Shown here: in pieces, positions 19,789 to 29,886 of the stretch | Numbering within the stretch: position 1 is the first letter of the stretch | How the letters are laid out: each line of letters begins with the position of its first letter | DNA from: an uncultured Nitrospiraceae bacterium | Lineage (GTDB): Bacteria > Nitrospirota > Nitrospiria > Nitrospirales > Nitrospiraceae | Direction: 5' to 3' | Length of the DNA stretch: 64,000 nt | NCBI GenBank assembly: GCA_963846575.1 | Contig: CAWJWJ010000001.1 | Span: forward strand, 928,001 to 992,000 | The notes under the pieces: generated by a model | What the model saw: only the letters and a program-made list of their open reading frames with translations | The model's database searches: none | Told to the model about the DNA's origin: nothing | Made by a program: the position numbers and the translations under genes

Positions 19789-21589
19789 TCCACGCCTGCT
19801 CCAGGAGCAGGCGGAAGACCTGTACGAGAACGCGCCCTGCGGGTATCTGTCAGCCCTTCCCGACGGCACGATCCTGAAGATGAACAGAACACTGCTCGCC
19901 TGGCTTGGGTACCAACGGGACGAGTTTCCAGCCCAGAAGCGATTCCAGGAGCTTTTGAGTATCGGAGGTCGCATCTATTACGAGACGCATTTCGCCCCCC
20001 TGCTCAACATGCAAGGCTTTGTGAACGAGATTTCGTTAGACCTGGCGAAAAAGGACCGGCAGCTCCTTCCGGTTCTCGCGACGGCGGTTCAGCGCAGAAG
20101 TCCGACCGGAACGGCGATCGTCAACCGTATCACGCTCTTTAATGTCACCGACCGCAGGAAATACGAACAAGAACTCCTGATCGAGCGGCGGCGCGCGGAA
20201 GCAGCGGCACTGGCCAATGCCGAGCTTGCCAGGCAATTGCAGGCCGATATTGCCGTGCGGATACAGACAGAAACACAGCTCCGGCAACGGGCCGACCTCA
20301 GCTTGTTTGCCGAACACATTGCCAAGCAACTGCATGAACAAGGCAGTCTCACCACGATGCTGCGAGGCTGCACCGGTGTGATGACCGAGCGGCTTCATGC
20401 CGCTCATGCCGCGATCTGGATCCTCCGGGATGAGGACGACCTGCTGGAGTTGCTGGCCAGTTCAGGGCGCTACGAGGATCTGGATGACTCCTACGCGCGC
20501 ATGTCAACAGATCGTCTCATGCTCGGCCGCCTCGTCACCAGGCGCCAGCCCCACTGGACCAATGAGATCGCCGTCGATTCGCTTCTCCCCGACCACGAGT
20601 GGCCACGGCGCGAGGGGATCTGCGCTTTCGCCGGTTACCCGCTGCTGGTCGGGGATCGAGTCATCGGCCTGATGGTTCTCTTTTTTACCGAGGCGCTGTC
20701 TGAAATGATGATCCAGGCACTCTCGTCTGCGGCGAACCATATCGCCCTGGGCATCGGACGGATCCAGGGGGCCATTGCGTTGAGTGAGAGCGAGGCGCGG
20801 CTTCGCTCGCTTGCGGAGCACTTGGAACAGCGGGTGGCGGAACGCACGTCCGACCTGCTGCAATCGCAGCGTAGTTTACGGGCACTGGCCGCCGAGCTGA
20901 ACCTGGCCGAACAACGTGAACGTAGCCGGCTGGCCGCTGAGCTGCACGACCACCTTCAACAAGTGTTGGTGCTCGGCAAGATCAAACTGGGCCAGGGCAA
21001 GCGGATGGCTTCGCCGTCGTCGAGCGTGGAGGTCATGGCGCAGGTGGATGATCTGCTCACGGAGGCGTTGACCTACACCCGGACCCTCGTGGCCGAGCTG
21101 AGTCCTCCCGTGCTGCGCGATAAGGGACTCTGCGCCGCCCTTCTGTGGCTGGCCCAGTACATGAAGAAGCATGATTTACACGTGACCGTCACCGTCCCGA
21201 AGGATGAGGGGGTGCCGCTGCCCGAGGCGCAGGCCGTGCTGCTCTTTCAATCGGTTCGGGAACTGCTCATCAACAGCGCCAAACATGCCGGTACCGGTGA
21301 AGCCACGGTGACCATTGAACGGCAGGGCCCGGAGTTGAAAATCGAAGTGCGGGATAAGGGAAAGGGCTTTCAGCAGGCCGATGCCCAGACGGCCAAAGAA
21401 CTCTCCTCTAAGTTCGGGCTGTTCAGCATACAAGAGAGGATGCATGCGCTGGGCGGATCGTTTACCATTCATTCTTCGCATTGTGGCACGACCTGCCTCC
21501 TCCTTCTTCCGCTTCATCAAGGCGACTCCCTCCACAGCGAGCAACCGACGGTCTCAGCCCTGGAGAGATTCCACAACGAATACCGTTAG
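19775..21589 (+). CDS. PAS (RsbP-like)-GAF-HisKA_3-HATPase sensor histidine kinase
   Basis: LYENAPCGY..IYYETHFAPLL PAS; GAF with FAGYPL; ERSRLAAELHDHLQQ; RELLINSAKHA, DKGKGF, FGLFSIQER. Overlaps rsbQ by 14 nt. Confidence 0.9.
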   Translation: MSETDPRLLQEQAEDLYENAPCGYLSALPDGTILKMNRTLLAWLGYQRDEFPAQKRFQELLSIGGRIYYETHFAPLLNMQGFVNEISLDLAKKDRQLLPVLATAVQRRSPTGTAIVNRITLFNVTDRRKYEQELLIERRRAEAAALANAELARQLQADIAVRIQTETQLRQRADLSLFAEHIAKQLHEQGSLTTMLRGCTGVMTERLHAAHAAIWILRDEDDLLELLASSGRYEDLDDSYARMSTDRLMLGRLVTRRQPHWTNEIAVDSLLPDHEWPRREGICAFAGYPLLVGDRVIGLMVLFFTEALSEMMIQALSSAANHIALGIGRIQGAIALSESEARLRSLAEHLEQRVAERTSDLLQSQRSLRALAAELNLAEQRERSRLAAELHDHLQQVLVLGKIKLGQGKRMASPSSSVEVMAQVDDLLTEALTYTRTLVAELSPPVLRDKGLCAALLWLAQYMKKHDLHVTVTVPKDEGVPLPEAQAVLLFQSVRELLINSAKHAGTGEATVTIERQGPELKIEVRDKGKGFQQADAQTAKELSSKFGLFSIQERMHALGGSFTIHSSHCGTTCLLLLPLHQGDSLHSEQPTVSALERFHNEYR

Positions 21590-22046
21590 CCATGCGTCAT
21601 CTTCTGGCGCCGCTTCTCTGGATCACCCAACGTTACTGAGACCGTGGCAACGTCATCGGCTTGCGAAGGTCTCCAGCGGTCATAAGATGCTTCAGGGGAT
21701 GAACAAAGCGGTAGCGATCACTCCAGTCCGTGCTTACCATCATGGTTTCTAATCGTCAGGATCGGATGCTTCGGTGACAGCGTCCCGCACGAACCTGTCT
21801 GTTCCTCGACGTGAAAATCCGGCCATTCCTTCCCGCGCGTGTTCGTAGATGGAATGGAAAAGCGTGTTTCTTTTACTGGTTCTCGATTCGAACCGCGGCG
21901 GTCCGGATGGTGCGGTAAGGATCCGGGGCAGGATGTGCAGTATGCGCAGATCGAGCACATACGCCTCGATGAGACTCGGGTTCTCGCGCGAGGACCGGTG
22001 CCCGGCAGAAAGGGCTATAAGTGTTTGAAAGAGAAGCGGGAAGGGT

Positions 22047-22123
<77 letters not shown>

Positions 22124-22128
22124 ACCGG

Positions 22129-22158
22129 ATACTAGCAGGGGCGTGAAACGAGAGTCAA
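22129..22158 (-). promoter_or_regulatory. Sigma-70-like promoter for tRNA-fMet
   Basis: TTGACT-N18-TAGTAT with an extended TG, just upstream of the tRNA 5' end. Confidence 0.6.
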
Positions 22159-22210
22159 GGAACGCAGTGCCGCAATTGCATTCGCGACAGGAGAATGTTA
22201 AAGCACGACC

Positions 22211-23161
22211 ATGCGGATTGTATTCATGGGCACGCCGGACTTCGCCGTGCCATCGCTTGAAGCCTTGCTCAAGTCAGGCGACGAGGTGGTAGGCGTCGTC
22301 ACACAACCGGATCGTCCGAAGGGCCGTGGACAAGAGGTCATTCCGCCACCGATAAAACTCGTCTGCGAGCGCGAGGGGATTCCATTGCTGCAACCCGTCA
22401 AGATGAAAGCCCCCGAATTCTTGGAGGCTTTGCGTCAGTGGAACCCGGATGTCATTACCGTCACGGCGTTCGGTCGTATTTTGCCCCTGGCGATTCTGAC
22501 GCTCCCTCCTCGCGGTTGTATTAATGTCCATGGATCCCTCCTGCCGAAGTATCGCGGCGCGGGGCCGGTGCAATGGGCGATCATAAGGGGTGAGCAAGAA
22601 ACAGGCATCACGACGATGCTCATGGATGAAGGCATGGATACCGGCGCCATGTTATTGCAGGAGCGGGTCGCGATCCGTCCTGACGATACCTCTGGGACCC
22701 TGGCTCCCCGGTTGGCGGAGGTCGGCGGACGGTTATTGGTCGAAACCTTACGTCAGCTCAAGGCGGGGACGCTGAAGCCTCAACCGCAGGACCACGCGCT
22801 TGCGACCATGGCTCCGCTGCTCAAGAAGGAAGATGGCCTGATCGATTGGAGCCTGACCGCCGAAGAGATCGCGAATCGCGTGCGTGGTCTGTCACCATGG
22901 CCCGGCGCCTACACCTATCTGAATGGCGAACGGTGGAGCATTTGGCGGGTGACTGTTGAGGAGAGATCCCCGGGATCGAGCCCCGGCACGGTTACGAAGG
23001 TGACTAAGGAACGGATCGACGTGGCGACCGGCGGCGGGACCATTCAGCTCGTTGAAATCCAGCCATCCAACAGCCGACGCATGGCAGTGGTGCAGTATCT
23101 GACCGGCCATCGCCTGGCTGAGGGTGCCAGAATGGACGCTCCCCCCGCAGCGCAAGGCTGA
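22211..23161 (+). CDS. fmt: Methionyl-tRNA formyltransferase
   Basis: MRIVFMGTPDFA, TQPDRPKGRG, INVHGSLLPKYRGAGP, MDTG. Confidence 0.97.
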   Translation: MRIVFMGTPDFAVPSLEALLKSGDEVVGVVTQPDRPKGRGQEVIPPPIKLVCEREGIPLLQPVKMKAPEFLEALRQWNPDVITVTAFGRILPLAILTLPPRGCINVHGSLLPKYRGAGPVQWAIIRGEQETGITTMLMDEGMDTGAMLLQERVAIRPDDTSGTLAPRLAEVGGRLLVETLRQLKAGTLKPQPQDHALATMAPLLKKEDGLIDWSLTAEEIANRVRGLSPWPGAYTYLNGERWSIWRVTVEERSPGSSPGTVTKVTKERIDVATGGGTIQLVEIQPSNSRRMAVVQYLTGHRLAEGARMDAPPAAQG

Positions 23162-23227
23162 AGAGAAATCGAATCACCCGCGCCTGTCGCGTGTGCAACC
23201 TACTCGCCCTGTCTCTTTCCACGCCCT

Positions 23228-24667
23228 ATGACCACCGACCGGCCACCAGAACCATCCACCAGGGCTAAGCCATCAGGGCGGCGCGGGGCAGAGAAGGCCT
23301 TGCTCGCGATCGATAAGGCGGGTCTCCTTGCAGACGACCTGTTCGACCAGATGGCTGCCAGAGAATCATTGGATCTGCGCGAGCGGGCCTTCATGGTGGA
23401 GTTGGTACGCGGCGTCTTGCGTTATCGCGGGACGATTGATTGGCGGCTGGGACTGAGATCCGACCGGCCCATCGGGCGACTGCCCACGCTCGTTCAAAAC
23501 GTGTTGCGGCTCGGCGCCTATCAGCTGTTGTTTCTGGACAAAGTTCCGGAGTCGGCTGCGGTCAATGAGTCTGTGCACATGATGAAGCGGCACAGCAAGC
23601 GTCTGGGGCGAGACTGGAGCGGATTCGTGAACGCGTTGCTGAGGGCCCTCCTGCGGCAGTCCGAGCCGGGTTGGCCCGATGCGGTGAGTGACCCGAGCGC
23701 GGCATTCGCGGTGCGTTATTCCTGTCCCGGGTGGCTAGTCGAACGCTGGTGCCGACAGTGGGGTGCGGAGCGTGCGGAAAATTTATGTCGTGCTTCCGTC
23801 GAATTACCGCCCTTGACCTTGCGCGTCAATACGCTGCGTACGTCACGAATGGCCCTGCTACAGGAATTCGCAACGGCTCAAGTGGCGGCCAACCCGACGA
23901 TGATCAGTTCTCTGGGCATTCAGGTGGCGCGTAGCCGATCCGTCAATGAACTTCCTGGTTATGACGACGGATGGTTTTATGTGGAGGATGAAGCAGGGCA
24001 GCTCATTCCGTCATTGCTGGATGTGCAGCCGGGGCATCGGGTGCTGGACGCCTGCGCGGCACCGGGGGGGAAGGCGACCCACCTGGCGGCACTCATGGCG
24101 AATCAAGGATCCATTGTCGCGGTGGACCGGGTTGCCAGCCGATTGGCACGCGTGATGGAAAATTGCCGCCGGCTCGGCGTGACGCTGGTGACTCCGGTGG
24201 TTGGCGATGTGCGTGCCTTCCATCCACGGCAGCCGTCCGGCGATTCCCTGGCTCGGCGGCCGGCCCAGGAGGCAAGTCTATTCGAGCCGTTCGATCGTAT
24301 TCTCCTCGACGCTCCCTGCAGCGGACTCGGTGTGTTGCGGCGCCACCCGGAAGGTAAATGGTATAAAACGGCGGAATCGATTGCCCAGCATCGACAGGTG
24401 CAGAAGGAGTTACTCGCGGCCACCTGCCTTCTCTTGCGACCCGGTGGGCTGTTAGTCTATAGTACCTGCTCCATTGAGCCCGAAGAAACCGAATCGGTCA
24501 TCGACGAGTTTTGCCAGTCGAACCGCGAATTTCAGCGTGAATCCATCGCGCCCTGGATACCCCCAGCCGCTGTGCCGTTCGTGACCCCTCGAGGGGACCT
24601 ATCCACGATGACTAATACGCACCAGATGGATTTTTTCTTTGCCGCGCGCCTTCGGAGGAGTGCATGA
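23228..24667 (+). CDS. rsmB: 16S rRNA m5C967 methyltransferase
   Basis: NusB-like N-terminus; LDACAAPGGKA, LDAPCSGLG, VYSTCS. Confidence 0.95.
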   Translation: MTTDRPPEPSTRAKPSGRRGAEKALLAIDKAGLLADDLFDQMAARESLDLRERAFMVELVRGVLRYRGTIDWRLGLRSDRPIGRLPTLVQNVLRLGAYQLLFLDKVPESAAVNESVHMMKRHSKRLGRDWSGFVNALLRALLRQSEPGWPDAVSDPSAAFAVRYSCPGWLVERWCRQWGAERAENLCRASVELPPLTLRVNTLRTSRMALLQEFATAQVAANPTMISSLGIQVARSRSVNELPGYDDGWFYVEDEAGQLIPSLLDVQPGHRVLDACAAPGGKATHLAALMANQGSIVAVDRVASRLARVMENCRRLGVTLVTPVVGDVRAFHPRQPSGDSLARRPAQEASLFEPFDRILLDAPCSGLGVLRRHPEGKWYKTAESIAQHRQVQKELLAATCLLLRPGGLLVYSTCSIEPEETESVIDEFCQSNREFQRESIAPWIPPAAVPFVTPRGDLSTMTNTHQMDFFFAARLRRSA

Positions 24668-25371
24668 GTACCGGCCGGACCATTCGTATCGCACCGTCAA
24701 TTTTGTCGGCGGACTTTGCCCGCCTTGGTGAGGAAGTGTCGCGTGCGGAGCAGGCGGGCGCAGACTGGCTGCACATCGACGTGATGGACGGGCACTTTGT
24801 GCCGAACATGACCGTGGGTCCTCTGATTGTCGAAGCCGTGCGAAAAGTCACCACGTTGCCCCTGGATGTCCACCTGATGATCACCAACCCGGATGCCTTC
24901 ATCGCGGAGTTTGCGGAAGCCGGAGCCGATTATCTGACGGTGCATGTCGAGACCTGTCCCCATTTGCATCGGACGATACAATCCATTAGAGAGCACGGCG
25001 CCAAGGCCGGCGTGACGTTGAACCCTGCGACTCCTGCCGTGTTGCTATCGGAAATCATTCCTGACGTTGATCTCGTGCTGGTCATGTCGGTGAGCCCGGG
25101 GTTCGGCGGTCAAACGTTCATTCCTTCGTCCTTGGCGAAGATCGCCGAGATTCGCACGATGATCGACCGCACCAACAGTCGAGCCCTCCTGGAGGTGGAC
25201 GGCGGTGTCAAGCCGGACAACGCGGGGGATATTCTCGCGGCGGGGGCGGAGGTATTAGTAGCAGGTTCAGCGGTGTTCTCCACGCATGACTATGCCGCCG
25301 CCATCACGGCCTTGAGGGCCGGCCATCCACCGGCTGCACGCCACCCCGGCGTGGCAGCTGCCCATCGATAG
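24664..25371 (+). CDS. rpe: Ribulose-phosphate 3-epimerase
   Basis: IAPSILSADF, HIDVMDGHFVPN, MSVSPGFGGQ, EVDGG. Confidence 0.97.
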   Translation: MSTGRTIRIAPSILSADFARLGEEVSRAEQAGADWLHIDVMDGHFVPNMTVGPLIVEAVRKVTTLPLDVHLMITNPDAFIAEFAEAGADYLTVHVETCPHLHRTIQSIREHGAKAGVTLNPATPAVLLSEIIPDVDLVLVMSVSPGFGGQTFIPSSLAKIAEIRTMIDRTNSRALLEVDGGVKPDNAGDILAAGAEVLVAGSAVFSTHDYAAAITALRAGHPPAARHPGVAAAHR

Positions 25372-25397
25372 AAGAGGCGCCAGACCGCACGTGCTTC

Positions 25398-26942
25398 ATG
25401 GATAACCTTCATCCCCTCGAAAGCAACGTCCTGCTGGCGCTGAGCCGGCAGCCCGACTCGCCGCTCACGCTGGATCAACTTGCCGGGGCTACGGAGCTGG
25501 AACCGTCGCAGCTGAGTATGGCTGTCGAGTGGCTGCTGGCTAAATCGTTGATTGACGTCCATGCGGAAACGGTGGCGCATCTCGCGTCATTGACACCGAC
25601 CGGCGAACTATATTTCGAGAAATACTCTCCCATTGAGCGCGTGCTCTCAGCGGCCCGAGAAGCCGGCCAGACAGGGAAACGCCTCACCATTCAGGATATC
25701 CAGGGTAAGGAAGGCCTCGAACCGTCGGATGTCAGCAAGGCAGTGGGCAGCCTGAAAAAAGAGGGTGCGGTGTTGATCGTCCAAGGGGGATGTATCGAAA
25801 GCACCGGCCGCAATAGTCCCACGGCGGAGGCGATGCGAGTCCTGCTGCAGGAGTTGCGGAGGGGGCAGCGGGAGCTCCAGACCTTCGACGAGCCTCTGCG
25901 GACTGTGCTCCAACAGCATGCGGTGAAGCGCGGCAACGCGCGAGAACCGTTCAGAATCGACGAGCGCGTGACCCGATCGTTTGTGCTGACGGCTGAGGGG
26001 CAGGCTGTCGCCCAGGGCCTCGCTCGCGAAGGCTTGGCGGAAGAGGTCTCGCAGTTGACGCCCGAGCTCCTGAAAGAAGGCGCCTGGCGAACCAAGCGCT
26101 TCCGAAAATATACGATCAGTTTACGGGCGCCGAGAATTGCCGCCGGGAAACGGCACCCCTATCGCGAATTTCTCGATCTGGTGAAGCTCAAGCTGGTCAG
26201 TATGGGATTTCAAGAGATGCGGGGAACCCTCGTCGAAACCGAATTCTGGAACATGGATGCGTTGTTCATGCCCCAGTTTCATCCTGCTCGTGACATTCAT
26301 GACGTGTATTTCGTGAAGGAACCGACTCATGTCCCTACCATTGCCGAGCCGTACCTGTCGCGGGTCACGCAGGTGCATGAGAAGGGGACGGGGGCTGGTT
26401 CGACCGGTTGGGGATATACCTTTAATCCCGAACGGGCAAAACGGTTGGTTCTGCGTAGTCAAGGGACGGCGGTGTCGGCCCATACATTGGCTGGCGGTGC
26501 CTCCGTTCCGGGGAAGTACTTTTCGATCGCGCGTTGTTTTCGCTACGACCAGGTCGACGCCACGCATGCCACCGACTTTTTTCAGGTGGAGGGGATTGTG
26601 CTCGGCGCGGATATCAATTTCCGGACGCTGCTCGGATTGCTGAACCTGTTTGCCCGTGAGGTCGCGCAGGCCAAAGAGGTCAAATTTCTGCCGGCCTATT
26701 TCCCTTTTACCGAGCCCTCAGTCGAAATGCATGTGCGTCATCCCAAGTTGGGTTGGATGGAACTGGGTGGCGCCGGGTTGTTTCGCCCGGAAGTGACAAC
26801 TCCCCTCGGAGTGTCTGTGCCGGTTATTGCCTGGGGACTGGGATTGGATCGCATGGCGATGGTGGCCCTCGGCATTCATGACATACGGGATCTGTTCTCC
26901 GCGGATCTGGACTTTATTCGTACCATGCGAGGCAGTTTCTAG
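25398..26942 (+). CDS. pheS: Phenylalanyl-tRNA synthetase alpha subunit, long archaeal/eukaryote type
   Basis: 514 aa with N-terminal winged-helix-like extension; FWNMDALFMPQFHPARDIHD, DATHATDFFQVEG, PAYFPFTEPS, GLFRPEV, AWGLGLDR. Confidence 0.93.
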   Translation: MDNLHPLESNVLLALSRQPDSPLTLDQLAGATELEPSQLSMAVEWLLAKSLIDVHAETVAHLASLTPTGELYFEKYSPIERVLSAAREAGQTGKRLTIQDIQGKEGLEPSDVSKAVGSLKKEGAVLIVQGGCIESTGRNSPTAEAMRVLLQELRRGQRELQTFDEPLRTVLQQHAVKRGNAREPFRIDERVTRSFVLTAEGQAVAQGLAREGLAEEVSQLTPELLKEGAWRTKRFRKYTISLRAPRIAAGKRHPYREFLDLVKLKLVSMGFQEMRGTLVETEFWNMDALFMPQFHPARDIHDVYFVKEPTHVPTIAEPYLSRVTQVHEKGTGAGSTGWGYTFNPERAKRLVLRSQGTAVSAHTLAGGASVPGKYFSIARCFRYDQVDATHATDFFQVEGIVLGADINFRTLLGLLNLFAREVAQAKEVKFLPAYFPFTEPSVEMHVRHPKLGWMELGGAGLFRPEVTTPLGVSVPVIAWGLGLDRMAMVALGIHDIRDLFSADLDFIRTMRGSF

Positions 26943-26954
26943 GACGACCACATC

Positions 26955-28673
26955 ATGCCCACTATTTCCCTGCAACGAGATGACCTCGAAACCTTGATCG
27001 CCGGCCTGGACGAGAAGCCGAATCGAATCCCGTTCGATCAGCTTGAAGACTGGTTGATGTTAGTGAAGGGGGAGCTGAAGGGCCACAATCCGGAAACCGG
27101 CGAACTGCGCATCGAGCTGCAAGATAGTAACCGTCCCGACCTATGGTGCTGCGAAGGCATTGCGAGGCAGATTCGGATTAAGCAACAGGGGATGGCAAGC
27201 CCCTATTCGTTTTTCAACAAACAGCGGCCCGTGGTTGGCAAGTTGGTCGTCGCGCCTGGAATGGAGAAGATTCGTCCCTATGTAGCGGCCTGCGCAGCGG
27301 TAGGCTACCGGGTGACGGCCAGCGGTCTGACGCAACTCATACAGACGCAGGAAAAGCTGGCCGATATTTTTGGGCGAAAACGACGCACCGTCTCCATCGG
27401 TCTGTACCGCCTCGCACCGATTGTGTTTCCCGTGTCCTACGACCTCGTCAAGCCTGATGACGTGAAGTTTATTCCCCTTGGGATGGAGACGGTCCTGACA
27501 TTGCGGGAAATTCTTATGGTTCATCCTAAGGGGGTCGAATATGGAGCGATTGTCGGGGGGCACGATCGCCTGCCCGTGCTGAGGGATGCGACGGGGCAGG
27601 TGTTGTCGTTTCCGCCGATCATCAATAGCCGGGAAGTCGGTGAAGTCCAGATCGGGGACCATGAATTATTTGTCGAAGTTACGGGCACTGACCTTTCGAT
27701 GGTCGCACTGGCGCTCAACATTTTTGCCGCCAACCTCGCCGATCGCGGTGCGGTGATCACACCGGTGGAGATCCAGTCGCCGGTGAAAACGACATTCGGA
27801 CGCCGCTGGCACACGCCGATCGATTTTGGGAAATCCCGTACGATTCCCCTGACGGCGATTGAATCGGCGTTGGGGGAAGCGTTGGGCGGGAGAGAAGTGA
27901 CTTCTGCGCTGAAGTCCTATGGTTATGCTGTCAAGACATCGGGGAAGAAACTCTTAGTGCAGCTTCCGCCGTACCGCAATGATTTCCTCCAAACCGTCGA
28001 TGTGGTGGAGGACGTGGCGATCAGCCAGGGGTATGCGCGATTTGCTCCGGTTATGCCATCTCAGTTTACGGTCGGCGGCTTGTCCCGCTTGGAGCAGCTC
28101 GCCGATCGCGTCCGTCACCTGATGGTGGGCATGGAGTTCCAGGAAATCATTTCCAATATCATGGGCTCTCAACAGGATTTCTGCACGAAAATGCGGCTGG
28201 ATGGGACGGAGTGGGCGAGGGTGGTAGAGGTGGATAACGTGATGTCGCTCAGTTATTCCTGCCTGCGTCAGTGGATTACGCCGTCATTACTCCAGGTAGA
28301 AACCAATTCAAGCCGGGCGTTCTATCCGCACCGTATGTTCGAGGTGGGGGAAGTCGCGGTCCCTGATGAGGCAGTCGATCTCGGGTCACGAACGGTGACG
28401 ATGTTGGGCGCGGTGATCGCCCATGCCGGGGCCAATTTCTCAGAAGTCCATTCCTGTCTTGATCTGTTGTTCTATTACCTGGCTCGTCCCGTTACGCTGG
28501 AACCGCTAGCCCATCCCTCATTTCTAGAAGGCCGGGTGGGGAGGATTGTTTCTCATGGCCGGGCGATTGGGTTGCTGGGAGAGGTCCATCCGGAAGTGCT
28601 GGAGCACTGGCAGATCGGGGTGCCGGTTGTTGCTTTGGAACTGGAGGTGGACCGGCTGCTGGATGAAGCGTGA
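26955..28673 (+). CDS. pheT: Phenylalanyl-tRNA synthetase beta subunit, short archaeal/eukaryote type
   Basis: 572 aa, MPTI start, NRPDL, RPY, QEKL...RKRR.VSIG, SFPPIINS, DVVEDVAI. No OB tRNA-binding or C-terminal FDX-ACB domain evident. Confidence 0.92.
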   Translation: MPTISLQRDDLETLIAGLDEKPNRIPFDQLEDWLMLVKGELKGHNPETGELRIELQDSNRPDLWCCEGIARQIRIKQQGMASPYSFFNKQRPVVGKLVVAPGMEKIRPYVAACAAVGYRVTASGLTQLIQTQEKLADIFGRKRRTVSIGLYRLAPIVFPVSYDLVKPDDVKFIPLGMETVLTLREILMVHPKGVEYGAIVGGHDRLPVLRDATGQVLSFPPIINSREVGEVQIGDHELFVEVTGTDLSMVALALNIFAANLADRGAVITPVEIQSPVKTTFGRRWHTPIDFGKSRTIPLTAIESALGEALGGREVTSALKSYGYAVKTSGKKLLVQLPPYRNDFLQTVDVVEDVAISQGYARFAPVMPSQFTVGGLSRLEQLADRVRHLMVGMEFQEIISNIMGSQQDFCTKMRLDGTEWARVVEVDNVMSLSYSCLRQWITPSLLQVETNSSRAFYPHRMFEVGEVAVPDEAVDLGSRTVTMLGAVIAHAGANFSEVHSCLDLLFYYLARPVTLEPLAHPSFLEGRVGRIVSHGRAIGLLGEVHPEVLEHWQIGVPVVALELEVDRLLDEA

Positions 28674-28707
28674 CGGGAAAATCCGTTCGTTCAGGACTTT
28701 CCCGTCA
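28671..28707. terminator. Hairpin between convergent pheT and rplT
   Basis: TGACGGGAAA...TTTCCCGTCA perfect 10-bp arms with an inner TCC/GGA pair; no long U tract. Confidence 0.5.
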
Positions 28708-28732
28708 TCAAGTGCCTGCGTACTCGCACCCG

Positions 28733-29101
28733 CTAGGTGGCCGAGGGTGCGAGCTGCTGTTTCGCAACTCCGACAAGTTTCTCGAACCCTGCCATATCCT
28801 TGATCGCCATATCGGACAGAACTTTCCGGTCCAATAAAATATTGGCTTTACGAAGCGCATTCATGAAGCGGCTGTAAGCCATTCCATGGATCCGGGTCGC
28901 GGCGCTGATGCGTGCGATCCAAAGTTGGCGGAAGTCGCGCTTGCGATTCTTTCGTCCGACATAGGCATAGGCCTGCCCCTTGTCAACCGATTCTGTTGCT
29001 GTTCGAAACAGTCGGCTTTTCGCTCCAAATTGGCCTTTAGCCAGTTTCAGGCGCTTCTTTCGCCGCTGTCGTGTTTTCGGACCACCTTTTGTACGAGGCA
29101 T
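28733..29101 (-). CDS. rplT: 50S ribosomal protein L20
   Basis: MPRTKGG...RKRDFRQLWIARISAA...YSRFM..LDRKVLSD. Confidence 0.97.
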   Translation of the reverse strand: MPRTKGGPKTRQRRKKRLKLAKGQFGAKSRLFRTATESVDKGQAYAYVGRKNRKRDFRQLWIARISAATRIHGMAYSRFMNALRKANILLDRKVLSDMAIKDMAGFEKLVGVAKQQLAPSAT

Positions 29102-29144
29102 GGATCACTGCTCCTTTCAGATCCGGTTCACCGCACGATCATCG

Positions 29145-29342
29145 TTATTGAGGAAGTAAACGGTTCAGCGCGAGGGTCATGGTCGCCGAAACTTCCGTGG
29201 TCCCCTTCAGGCGTCGCTTGCGGTCCCGGGCTTTTCCAGTCAGCAAATGCCGGCGTCCGGCTTTTCGTCGAACCAATTTCCCCGTTCCCGTGCGGCGAAA
29301 CCGCTTTTTGGCGCCGCTGTGAGTTTTCATTTTCACTTTCAT
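29145..29342 (-). CDS. rpmI: 50S ribosomal protein L35
   Basis: [17 protein letters not shown]. Confidence 0.97.
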   Translation of the reverse strand: MKVKMKTHSGAKKRFRRTGTGKLVRRKAGRRHLLTGKARDRKRRLKGTTEVSATMTLALNRLLPQ

Positions 29343-29376
29343 GGTCGTCTGTATCCTTCCTTGTGCGCGTGGCGCA

Positions 29377-29883
29377 CTATTTGGGAGCCAAAATCATAAT
29401 CAGGCTCCGCCCTTCCATCCTCGGGGCAAACTCCACGGTGCCTGCTTCCGTGCATTCTTTAATCACGCTGGCCATCATGGTACGGCCCATTTCCTGATTG
29501 GCCATTTCACGCCCGCGGTAGGTGAGCGTCACTTTGGTCTTGTTACCATCAGCGAGAAATTCTTTGATCTGCCGGATTTTAATCTCGAGATCGTGCTTGT
29601 CGGTACGGGGACGAAGCTTGATCTCTTTTACCTGAGTGGACTTCTGGTGACGTCGACTTTGATGATCTTTTTTGCTCAGCTCAAATTTATACTTCCCATA
29701 GTCCATAATGCGGCAAACCGGTGGCTGGGACGTAGGGGCGACTTCCACAAGGTCGTAGCCCCCTTCCTGTGCCTTACTGAAGGCCTCTGCAGTCGGCAGT
29801 ATTCCTAGTTGCTCGCCTTCCGGACCGATGACTCGAACTTCTCGAATCCTGATTTCCCGGTTTACACGTAATTTAGGGACGAT
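29377..29883 (-). CDS. infC: Translation initiation factor IF-3 (non-canonical ATC start)
   Basis: Frame is open upstream of the track start: ATC-GTC-CCT-AAA... gives (M)[56 protein letters not shown] overlaps the thrS stop. Confidence 0.93.
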   Translation of the reverse strand: MVPKLRVNREIRIREVRVIGPEGEQLGILPTAEAFSKAQEGGYDLVEVAPTSQPPVCRIMDYGKYKFELSKKDHQSRRHQKSTQVKEIKLRPRTDKHDLEIKIRQIKEFLADGNKTKVTLTYRGREMANQEMGRTMMASVIKECTEAGTVEFAPRMEGRSLIMILAPK

Positions 29884-29886
29884 AGG

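Noticed and set aside
21749..21958. Short minus-strand ORF with a PAS-like phrase (FHSIYEHAREGMA)
   Set aside because: Too short to support; at most a gene remnant.
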